Below, piece after piece: positions 33,356 through 42,694 of a DNA stretch of 64,000 bases; the stretch's first letter is position 1; the number at the start of each line of letters is the position of its first letter. Below the pieces are notes generated by a model. That model worked only from the letters and a program-made list of their open reading frames with translations, searched no databases and had not been told where the DNA came from. Source of the DNA: Porphyridium purpureum (taxonomy: Eukaryota); assembly GCA_008690995.1 (NCBI GenBank), contig VRMN01000001.1:1860001-1924000 (forward strand). Direction: 5' to 3'. The translations under genes were made by a program, and so were the position numbers.

Positions 33356-34102
33356 TCACGCACGGTTCTCGCTCAGTCTCCGAATTTGTTCTCGCAGGCT
33401 CGGATACTCGGCAGACAATGAGTCAAAGTTCGGCTCCTCCGCAACTGTGCGGGACGTAAAGAAGCTGGTCATGTCACCGAGAACCAGTTCAGGAATAACG
33501 AGTGGACAATCATCACCACAGCAGCAAATCGGAAAGAAGTTTTCAGGGTTCGCTCCAAAGTCAACCGGATTCACGTCACAGGAATATGAAGCCACGTCAT
33601 TGGGGAAGGTACATCCGGCAAGCGTAAGACCTGGGGCAACAAACGGAACGAAACTGTTGCATGGGACGGGCGCGAATTGGTTTGCGACGGTCGTACTAAT
33701 GCCAGTTGGGGAAGCCGCCTGAAGCGTCCCAGCAAGGTTGCAGGTTTTCTCGAGTGCACCGCACACGGCGTCACAGGACAGGTCATCCGGCAGCGACGAC
33801 GCAAATGCGCTAAATGTCCAGTCATTCGCATAACGGGCTGGTGAGCACGGTTCCAGGTCGCACTCCGAGTTCAAGCACGACGTTTCCGCGATGAAGCAAC
33901 TTCCGGACGGGTTCATGGGAGCATCGTCGTATGGCTCTAGGAGGACCAGTTTTGTCAACGGGCACGCAAACGAGAAACACAATTCTGCGCCTCCCACCGA
34001 GCACACTCCGGGTGTATCATAGCACAAAAAGTTCTGCGCGTGCGCGACTCCGACCAGCGCGGCCAGCATCAGCGCGACCGCGGCCCACGCCATTCCGACC
34101 AT
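33356..34102 (-). CDS. Secreted Cys-rich protein, tandem paralog B
   Basis: Signal peptide ending AHA|QNFLCYD; same 18 Cys; shared SLPDDLSCxAVCGAL and PICCCGDDCP. Confidence 0.88.
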   Translation of the reverse strand: MVGMAWAAVALMLAALVGVAHAQNFLCYDTPGVCSVGGAELCFSFACPLTKLVLLEPYDDAPMNPSGSCFIAETSCLNSECDLEPCSPARYANDWTFSAFASSLPDDLSCDAVCGALEKTCNLAGTLQAASPTGISTTVANQFAPVPCNSFVPFVAPGLTLAGCTFPNDVASYSCDVNPVDFGANPENFFPICCCGDDCPLVIPELVLGDMTSFFTSRTVAEEPNFDSLSAEYPSLREQIRRLSENRA

Positions 34103-35044
34103 CCTCCGACTGCGCAACAACACGCCAAACCCCTCTCCGTTCCCTCCTCGTTCCTTTCCTCCCTCCCGCGCTCAACCCACCTATCCCTCCACTACGTCTA
34201 CCCTCTTCAGCCCGCGTGTCCGCTATCGGCCGAGTTGACCCGCCTTTGCGCCACGCGTCTTCCATTCCACACACTCTCTCTTTCTCTCTCTCTCGCTAAA
34301 AATTCACGCAACGCGCCACGTCTCATACGATTCTCACACACGCCCAAGACGCCCAAGTTTCCTCCACACGGAAAGTCCGGGAGCTGCGTGTCCGTCTTTG
34401 GGTCGACACGCAGGTCATCACAAATATGCGCCACGTCCCTTGCCGACTGAACCCGCGCGTCCACGCTAGACGTAAAATTCACATATCAATGGGAGTTGAT
34501 TTTTGGGAGATGCAAGCGAGCGCATGATTCTTGATCGATCGGTGCAGCGTGTACACTTCCGCGATTCCAAGAATAGAAGCCAGCGCAGGAGAAAGGGGGA
34601 GCGATGGAGCAAGGCAGTGTAATGAGGATTGCAATGTCATGGCGCTTCGAAACGTAGACTGGGGTGGGTGTTGATGTGGTCTAGGCGCAGCTGCGTTCCA
34701 ATGCTCCGATGCGATGGGCTCGGGATGTTGTGCAGTCGTGGCGCGCGCTGTGCGTGATGGAGTGGATGGGAGCGTGCGTCTGCGTGCAGTCTGTGTGCGC
34801 GGGAACGCGGCTGCTGCTCGTGCGCAGCTAATGCGGTCCCGTGGTGGTGCTAGACCCTTCGCACATGTCGGAATCGTTCCTGCCTCCTTGGTAAGATAGA
34901 TAGACAGATAGACTCACTGACTGACTCATGGGCAGACGGATTGTCAGCCTGACCGCCTGACCTTCTGACGGACTGACGGACGGACGGAGTTCGACAAATA
35001 GTTTACAAGTAGCATGCTAGTCGGTTCATTTGCCGTCGTGTTTC

Positions 35045-35608
35045 CTATTTCAAAAAGTGCACAACTTGCTTCACGCCAGTCGAAGGGGATTTCAAGTCCT
35101 CTGCGAGAACGACCACAATCGTTTCTCGCACACGCGGGCTCGCCACGGGTGATCGGAAGCGCATGTGGCCCAGCGCGACCCTGCGTGCGGCCTCACATCG
35201 GTCGGGTGCGTGGTACGAGCGCCGAATACGCTCGCTCAAAATTTCGCGGTGTCGCGGACGACGCGTGGGTATGCTGGGAATCGCCCTCATCCCGCTCTCG
35301 CTGCCGTCGCTGATTTCCGGCTTGTCGCTGCCGCTCATATCATTTGAGCCCGACCCGCTCGTTCGAGGTGACTGTGCGCTGTTACCCTCGGCGCTTGACA
35401 GGTCCAACGTGTCGAGCTCGCCCAAGCTCCAGCGGCTGTTCGCGCACGAACGCTGCGCGGGCTGTGTGTTCTGTTGCATTTCCGTGAGTCGCACCTCATT
35501 GGCCCCTCCATAAGCTTGGTCTCTGAGACTGCCCACGTCGCAACTTCTCCTTGTCCGCCAGCAGCCGACTTTCACCCCGTCACTTCCGTATATATGTGTG
35601 GACAACAT
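35045..35608 (-). CDS. Hypothetical protein
   Basis: Ser-rich and basic ORF of about 187 aa from ATG 35608 (track ORF opens at 35824). Confidence 0.4.
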   Translation of the reverse strand: MLSTHIYGSDGVKVGCWRTRRSCDVGSLRDQAYGGANEVRLTEMQQNTQPAQRSCANSRWSLGELDTLDLSSAEGNSAQSPRTSGSGSNDMSGSDKPEISDGSESGMRAIPSIPTRRPRHREILSERIRRSYHAPDRCEAARRVALGHMRFRSPVASPRVRETIVVVLAEDLKSPSTGVKQVVHFLK

Positions 35609-36151
35609 GGTTGCTGTCGTGACAAATTCCGTATGGCATGTTGTACGACGCCTGCTTGCGGCCAATATGATGTGCCCATTCCAACCTCCACTCGCACATA
35701 CCAAAACGGCTCCTCGTGGAAAAAGACGCCTCTCCTCATATCTAGTGCATTCTTCCGAAAGTCCGGCAGGGTGTTCGCTGACTGGGCTGTACGCATCCAG
35801 CAGGCGAATTCGACACGAGGTCACGTGAGAATTTCAACATGACTTAGTATCTGCTTCAGCAGATAAAGTGACAATCAGCCACCACGTTGCCTTGCGGACA
35901 AAAATCAAACGTGGCGTCGCATGACTTCGAGGACAGAAGCAAGGAGGGAAGGAAAAAATCTTTGGCGCTTATGTGCAGATTCAGGCGCCATTTCGGTGAT
36001 TTTGGTTCGGACTATCTGGTAGCGTGTATGACCAAACTGCTCACGGCCTTGCAAACAACCAGCAGGATTGTTGCCGCTGCGGCGCATGTCACATTCTCAG
36101 CTTGGACATGGCATGTACGTTCTGAGTTTCCCTTTAATGCCAAGTAAATTC

Positions 36152-37948
36152 TCATCGCGGCAGATTCCACACATGCACATTGCCTTCCATATCTTCGATC
36201 TCCACAGACGCAACCTGCGAATCCATCTTGCCCCCTTGCCCTGTCGCATGCTTCGCTGCCAACTTTCGCGCGTCCTCGATGCGAGTCACCATGAAAAATC
36301 GCTGGCTGTACGTGATGCCGAGACAGCGCAGTCCGTACACATGCTGTGCGTCTTCAAAGTGCCGCTCAAACGCGCGGGGCCCGCGGTAGGTGGCGTTCCC
36401 GCATATTTCGCACAAAAACTCTTGGTTCAGTCCTCGCAATTTGTACAACCAAAACGGAATCGGCCGCCCATCCGGCCCCATGTACAAGTTTTGATTCGAC
36501 GAACTGCGCCTCTCGCTCGGATCCTCCTCACCACTGCTATATTCCAGGGAGTCATCGCTGTCGAGTCGGCCGGCGCGCTGCTCAACTCGCGCACGCTCTT
36601 GTTCGAGTTCATCTAATGTGAGCCCTTCCTTCTTCCGCACTTCGGTCACCGTGCGTTCGAGAACGTCGTGCAGAACCTCGCACACAGCAAACTGCAATCT
36701 GTACTCCAAAAGACGAGCCTGGAGTGGGAAGTTCAGCTCATCAACTTTCTTCTGTGCAAGCAGTCGCCGCAGATGGAGCAAGCGCTCCGCTCGCTGCAAG
36801 GGTGTGCCACCGCACTTCATGCGTAGCTGCTGAAGAATCTTTTTCAAGCAGTCGGGACTGGCAGACCTTACCAGCTCGTCGGCCGTGCATGACCCATCAT
36901 CGATGCTCACAGGAGCGCCTTTGCCGTTCTCTGGCTGGACTTCTGGCGATTCGGCACATATGGCGCGCCGAATCTGAGTGTCAATCTCGGCGCAAAATTT
37001 CTCCTCTGCTCTTGCGAGCTTGTGCGGCACCAGTACAAGCGGCATCGTACGTTCACAGAAATCAGCGAGGTAGTCAATCAGCTCGGACATATACGTGATG
37101 TACGGAAGCCACGCTGTGCTCTTTTCCGGGACACTTCGGGAAGAATGAAAAAGTTGCGATTGCGTTGTCGGAAACAATGCGGTAATTTCTCGATTTTGCA
37201 CAGAGTCCGCACCGCTGTCGAAGCATATTTGCAGTAGCAATGCGAGATATTCCCTATACGACACACGAGGCGACGAAGCCTCGCTGCTCGGCAGGTTCGT
37301 GTATGCCGCCCAATGGCGATGGAGGTCTAGGCACCTGCCATTATCTTCCTCACCTGCGAATGATATTTGCTGCGCTTCAAGCAGCAATGTCCTTGCGAGT
37401 GCGCGGTCTTGTACGTCCGTGCGATGTGCATCAGCACCCGTTATGTTCGCACTTGCCACGCGCTCCTTCAAATGTTTCAATGTCGTGTAGAACAGGGTCA
37501 CAGCGTTCTCCAGGTTCCCATTGGCGCTGTTCCGTGCATGCTCTTCTGCAAGCGCGTCATACTGCTGTTCCTCATGCTGGTGCGCGTGTTGCCCTCCCAA
37601 CTCTGCGTAAACAAGTGCAGCCGCACGCCGCGCCGACTCCGCAGCCAGCCGCGTGACATGCTGCGCATCTCTGCGCCCGCGAAAGCCCAGCTCCATGCGT
37701 TTGCGCTTAGACAAAGGAATTTCACCCTCAAACATCTTCGCAGAGGCTCGCTTGCGCGGAAACGGAGCCACTGAGCTCGCATGCGGAAGCGTTTCAGGGT
37801 CCGCATCAGACACGCTGCGCCCGAACGAAGCGCTGAGCTGATCTAGGATCTGTTTCGGAGCATCATGCCGATACCTAAACCACAATGCCAGTTTTCCGAC
37901 ACGCACAGCGCGCTCGATGTCTTCATTCAGCACTCGCAATGCCTCCAT
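36152..37948 (-). CDS. SF3A3: Splicing factor 3A subunit 3 (Prp9/SF3a60)
   Basis: FAGEEDNGRCLDLH, LRMKCGGTPLQRAERL (SAP), GPDGRPIPFWLYKLRGLNQEFLCEICGNATYRGPRAFERHF...H.YGLRCLGI (matrin Zn finger). Confidence 0.95.
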   Translation of the reverse strand: MEALRVLNEDIERAVRVGKLALWFRYRHDAPKQILDQLSASFGRSVSDADPETLPHASSVAPFPRKRASAKMFEGEIPLSKRKRMELGFRGRRDAQHVTRLAAESARRAAALVYAELGGQHAHQHEEQQYDALAEEHARNSANGNLENAVTLFYTTLKHLKERVASANITGADAHRTDVQDRALARTLLLEAQQISFAGEEDNGRCLDLHRHWAAYTNLPSSEASSPRVSYREYLALLLQICFDSGADSVQNREITALFPTTQSQLFHSSRSVPEKSTAWLPYITYMSELIDYLADFCERTMPLVLVPHKLARAEEKFCAEIDTQIRRAICAESPEVQPENGKGAPVSIDDGSCTADELVRSASPDCLKKILQQLRMKCGGTPLQRAERLLHLRRLLAQKKVDELNFPLQARLLEYRLQFAVCEVLHDVLERTVTEVRKKEGLTLDELEQERARVEQRAGRLDSDDSLEYSSGEEDPSERRSSSNQNLYMGPDGRPIPFWLYKLRGLNQEFLCEICGNATYRGPRAFERHFEDAQHVYGLRCLGITYSQRFFMVTRIEDARKLAAKHATGQGGKMDSQVASVEIEDMEGNVHVWNLPR

Positions 37949-38950
37949 CACCACGCACACACACACACGCCGGCTCTCGGCTTCAACAGCATCCTGACTT
38001 CCCTGTCTCCCTTGCCCCGGCCAGAAAGTAGGAGCCTGACAACTAGGGTTTCCTCTTATCGGTTTAGACTCGAAAAACACAAATCGTAAACACCTGAAAT
38101 CGAGTGGTAAAGACTTCCAGTTTGCTATGAACATTCTTATATTGCACCGCGATGTTTGCATATGACAAAGTACAGTCTATTCGGTAGCTTCTGTAGAAAA
38201 AGGGATTGAGAGTTGCCATGGACATGTGCGGCTTCACAAACTGTCGCTGCGCTTGTGGGCCCGTTCACCACGTCGCAGAGTTCCCCATTGAATGGAAGCG
38301 GTGGAATCCTCGTATCATGAGCCATCGTTGGTGCAGTTTTTCATGTACAACAACGTTTCCTCTGCCGGAACGGAGTGCGCAAAGTGATGCGGGCACATGT
38401 ACGTATGCGGGGACCGGATGGGCTGGGAGGGCGGGCGCGGGCTCGGAAAAGGGATTACACTTTCAGTGAATAGCTCATTTGTAAGGATTCATATACGAGC
38501 ATGCACATCAAAACTCTAGCTGGCATCTGGAACTCTGCCGAGTCGAATATTCTTCGAAGTCTGTGCACTGCGAACCGGCGAGTTCAATTTGGGGATGAAT
38601 GTGTTTGGTGCCTTGCGAAAGACGATGCCACCTGTAAAGCTGCACTGCAGCTACCACGCTGGGCCGGTGCACATCCTGATCTCATCGAGTGCGACCTTGA
38701 GTTTGACGACCTGGACGAGACCGGCGCTCCAAGCACGCGCGCAATTGAGAAGCGCGCGAAAGAAAGCAACACTTGCAGTGGAAAACTCTGAGTCCGGTAC
38801 AAAGAAGTAGGTTTCAGTTCATAGCTAAAATGGCTTCTTTGATGTATAATAGTCTTCATTGCAGGGCAGCGCGTCTTATGCTTTCACCTTGATGATTATG
38901 ATGCGTGCTGTCATCATTAGGGTATGACCCTAAATATAACCAAAACGCAT

Positions 38951-38968
38951 GGTTAGATTCAGGGTTTC
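38951..38968 (+). repeat. 18-bp telo-box-like element GGTTAGATTCAGGGTTTC, copy 1
   Basis: Identical to 40858-40875. Confidence 0.75.
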
Positions 38969-39345
38969 AAGGAGACAAGGCACCAGAGTTGCCAGCAAGC
39001 AGCTCAGTGACAAGCGGTTGGGGAACAGCTGTGCGCGAAAGGTAGAAGACAAACTCGACGTTGTCTGCGCCCCGGTTGATCATCTGTGGGGTGGTTGAAT
39101 CATCCGTCTGTGTGCCTGCCGGTCGGAAGAATAAGGTAGCAGACTGTCTTGCGTAGCACTGCTCGTGTGCAAGAGGGGACGTCGCGTTGTGTGCGCTTGC
39201 GGGCGTCGAGATCGCGCGAAAAGGGCCCGACATCGCGCAGTTGCTGGCCATTTTGTAGCGCATCCTGCGAACGCTCGGGCACTTCTGAAGCATATTGGCG
39301 TTGCACATCGAGTCATAGGTATTCCTTTGCTTCATACAAGCGGAA

Positions 39346-40053
39346 ATGGGCGAGTCCGATTATTCATTCTCGCTGACCACTTTCAGTCCCAGTGGAAAGT
39401 TGGTGCAGATTGAATACGCGCTGAATGCAGTCTCTGCGGGAGCGACCTCGCTGGGGATCAAGGCGAAGAATGGGGTTGTCGTAGCGACCGAGAAGCGCAT
39501 GCCCTCTTCGCTGATGGACGACAGCACGCTGCAAAAGATCTCGCTGATCACGGACAATATCGGCATGGTGTATTCAGGCATGGGCCCGGACTCGAGAGTG
39601 CTGGTACGAAAGGCGCGCAAGCAGGCGCAAGCCTATTTCCGCGTGTATCACGAACAGATTCCGGTCTCGCAGCTTGTGCGTGAAATCGCATCCGTGATGC
39701 AAGAGTTCACGCAGAGCGGCGGTGTGCGGCCGTTTGGTGTCAGTCTCTTGGTCGCCGGGCTGGACGAAGACGGCTCTCACTTGTACCAAGTGGACCCGTC
39801 CGGATCATATTTTGCATGGAAGGCCAGTGCGATTGGGAAGAACATGGTGAACGCCAAGACCTTTTTGGAAAAGCGCTACACAGATGATATGGAGCTCGAG
39901 GATGCGATCCATACTGCCATCTTAACACTGAAGGAGGGATTTGAAGGCCAGATTACCGAGCTGAATATTGAGCTCGGTGTGCTCGGCGAAAGTGGCAAGT
40001 TCCGCACGCTCACGGCAGCCGAGGTCAAGGACTATCTGCTCGAGATTGAATGA
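39346..40053 (+). CDS. PSMA2: 20S proteasome subunit alpha type-2
   Basis: [44 protein letters not shown]. Confidence 0.98.
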   Translation: MGESDYSFSLTTFSPSGKLVQIEYALNAVSAGATSLGIKAKNGVVVATEKRMPSSLMDDSTLQKISLITDNIGMVYSGMGPDSRVLVRKARKQAQAYFRVYHEQIPVSQLVREIASVMQEFTQSGGVRPFGVSLLVAGLDEDGSHLYQVDPSGSYFAWKASAIGKNMVNAKTFLEKRYTDDMELEDAIHTAILTLKEGFEGQITELNIELGVLGESGKFRTLTAAEVKDYLLEIE

Positions 40054-40280
40054 TCGAATGAAGAAACAGCATTTTTCGACACGGGTCTGACTAGCAAAGT
40101 TTCTCGGCGAAGCTCAAATAATTAGAAGCGGAGCTTCAACGTTACTTTTTGAAGCACCGCAAGCCGAGGCAAAACCAAACATCGAACGCTCACGATTTAC
40201 TTTCACTTTTATTCAGAAAGATCGCAAAAGCATCGCGCTCTTCCACTCAGTAAGTTTCAGTACTGCAAGCTACCGAGTCC

Positions 40281-40580
40281 TCACTGCTGCGCACCGGACG
40301 CTGGAGCCGCTGCGGACGCGCTCGTTCCCGTGGTCTCAATGTCTTTCAAGCATCCCTTTTGCTTCGCGAGCCTGTAAATAGAGTCATCACCCAGGCCCTT
40401 GCCACGAATCATGCCGCACAGCGCGATTGTCTCGTACTCGCCGGTGTATCTGCCATCCTCGTCCACCAGACCGACGTTAATCTGCACAGACGAGTGGTCC
40501 TTCGCGGTCAAAATCCTGTTTGTCGCCGAGCACTTGCGCGGAATGTACAGATCCACAATCTCCTTCTTATCGTTCTGCAT
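40281..40580 (-). CDS. RPS21: 40S ribosomal protein S21 (eS21)
   Basis: MQND...[26 protein letters not shown]. Confidence 0.98.
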   Translation of the reverse strand: MQNDKKEIVDLYIPRKCSATNRILTAKDHSSVQINVGLVDEDGRYTGEYETIALCGMIRGKGLGDDSIYRLAKQKGCLKDIETTGTSASAAAPASGAQQ

Positions 40581-40857
40581 CTTGCGCGACTTTAATACCT
40601 ACGCACCAAAACAACCCAACCGCTAAATGTTCTTCCTCGCACCGCCTTCTTTCACTCTTCGACACACACTCACACACAACACTCACGCACGCTCTACGTT
40701 CCCTTCCCTCCCTCACTCGCCACCCACGCCTACATTACTTTCTTCTCTCTTGCAGCGGCCGCCGTCTCTTCGTGCTCTTTGGCTCTAACTGTACTCTACG
40801 CTCTGTGAGGGAGTACACCTTGCGCTGGCTCGGTTAGATCGAGGGCGCTTGTGCCTC

Positions 40858-40875
40858 GGTTAGATTCAGGGTTTC
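40858..40875 (+). repeat. 18-bp telo-box-like element, copy 2 (partial third copy GGTTAGATCGAGGG at 40832)
   Basis: Identical to 38951-38968. Confidence 0.75.
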
Positions 40876-41312
40876 GCCTTTTCTCCACTGCAACTGTACC
40901 GCGTTCGGTGTTTGGCCCGCCTTTCGAAACCCGCAAAAGGAGTAAACAACATATTCCAGCCCTCTAGTAAAACAGGTCCATTTGGATATAAGGGGCGCTC
41001 GAACGTGTCAGTCAGCCAGGTTGGCGAGGAGTGAGTCAGACGCAACGTGAGGGAGGCTCGTGGTGGTGTCGTGCAGATTGGCAACTGCTCTCCAAGGTTG
41101 GATACATTATTCAGTGAAGTGGCACGAGCCGGGTCTCTACCGGCTGGACCAGCAGTCGCCTTGGTATCTTTTGAATGCGCGACGTTTCTGCCGTGCTTCC
41201 TGGCATTACGGCGTAGCGCTCATGACCGCGTGGGCAAGCAGGAGCTTGTGGTCGATCGGCGAACACTCGGCGAGGTTTGCACAGGCTCGCAAGGGCAGGG
41301 AAAGTGGTGCGA

Positions 41313-42470
41313 ATGGAGCACGCGCAGAGCGAGGGCGATGCTGACGTGTTGAAAACGGCAGCCAGGTCGGCTGGTGTGGCTGGGCTGGCGTGCCAGGGCA
41401 ACAGCCAGCCGTCGCTTCGCTCTCGCCGGACTGGCCCGAGAGCAGTGCGCAGGAGGCTCTCGTCGGTGGTGGTGGCGTGCTCCGGGAGCATGTCACAGGT
41501 GAGCAAGTGGAGGCTCTGTCTCTACCTCTTGTCGCTTGCCCTGTTTCTGAAAATTACCGTCGCGCAAATTCAGTTCCACCCGCCTCGGCCCGACGCACCG
41601 GACACAGTGTTTGGCGGGCGGCTTGTGTTTCTGACGGTGCAGACAAACTTAATCTTGACAGCGTATGTTACACTGTGTGTACTGGAATGCGCCGCGGTGT
41701 CCACACGCGCCGCCAAGATGATCCGGTGGGTGCTGCATGTTTCGTCGGGCGTCGCATTCGCCCTGGGATTCTGCATGGGCTCCCTCTATTACACATTGAT
41801 TCACTTCGACCCGCACACCCGCCTGCGCGCGGCAGAAATAGATCAGTTTGACTACCACATGCACCTATTGCATGGCGCACCGCTTCTATTCGTAATACTG
41901 GACGCGCTCCTGAAAGAGCGCACCTTCATGGAATCGGCACCGGAGGGCATCGTGCAAGCCCTAGCCTCGCTCAACACGCTTTCGAGCCTTGGATCTTCGC
42001 AGTCCCTGTCTCAGGTCAGTTTGGCAGACCAGCAGCAGCAGATTCTGCGTCGGCGCCGCGGATTGCTTCGCATGACGCGGAGCGTCAAGCGTGCGCGGAG
42101 GAGCTTCGCTGTACGCCTGTGGCAGAGCGACACACTGCTTGTTGTACTGTACGGCATGTTTTACCTGGCATTTACTTTGTTTTGCGCATACCGAAACGAA
42201 GGGTGGATGCCATACCCGTTCCAGCAAAAGCTCCGGCCACTGCAGCTGTCAGCCGTTTATGTCACTCTAATATTCGTGCTGCTTCCGACGCTAACCCTTC
42301 TTGCTCGTGCGTTGCGCGGGCGTGCCACGCAGGTCGTTGTTCAGCTGCGCGAGCGCCGCAGAAGCAGCAGACGTGCAGGAGCAGGCAAACCCTCGCAGCT
42401 CTCAAAAGGCTTGAAGCCATGCGACTCTGCTGCATCGTTGAGCTCGCTTGCCAGCAGCATGGTTGCTTGA
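41313..42470 (+). CDS. FAR-17a/AIG1/ADTRP-like multi-pass membrane protein
   Basis: GGRLVFLTVQTN (catalytic Thr position), HLLHGAP (His), GWMPYPF; about 6 TMs; start could be 41490. Confidence 0.8.
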   Translation: MEHAQSEGDADVLKTAARSAGVAGLACQGNSQPSLRSRRTGPRAVRRRLSSVVVACSGSMSQVSKWRLCLYLLSLALFLKITVAQIQFHPPRPDAPDTVFGGRLVFLTVQTNLILTAYVTLCVLECAAVSTRAAKMIRWVLHVSSGVAFALGFCMGSLYYTLIHFDPHTRLRAAEIDQFDYHMHLLHGAPLLFVILDALLKERTFMESAPEGIVQALASLNTLSSLGSSQSLSQVSLADQQQQILRRRRGLLRMTRSVKRARRSFAVRLWQSDTLLVVLYGMFYLAFTLFCAYRNEGWMPYPFQQKLRPLQLSAVYVTLIFVLLPTLTLLARALRGRATQVVVQLRERRRSSRRAGAGKPSQLSKGLKPCDSAASLSSLASSMVA

Positions 42471-42694
42471 TAACACACTATTGCTTTAATGTCGCTCGTC
42501 TGAAATACATTATTATCGTACATAGAGGCTGGCAACCGCTAGCGAAAACCGCTGGTTCTGCTCTCACAGGTCAGATTCGCATGCTTGTTGCCGCGTTTGG
42601 ACGTCTCCGTCAAATTTGGCCCGAAGCGACATGAAGCGCTGTATCAAGATGGCACACCGCCTTCACGTTCGACACGAGCAAAACCACACCCGGG

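Noticed and set aside
35847..35864. Hairpin TATCTGC-TTCA-GCAGATA resembling part of U2 snRNA
   Set aside because: Lacks the U2 GUAGUA context and 5' stem; isolated short hairpin
38501..38791. 96-aa ORF between SF3A3 and PSMA2
   Set aside because: No recognisable motif; could be a fragment but cannot be supported
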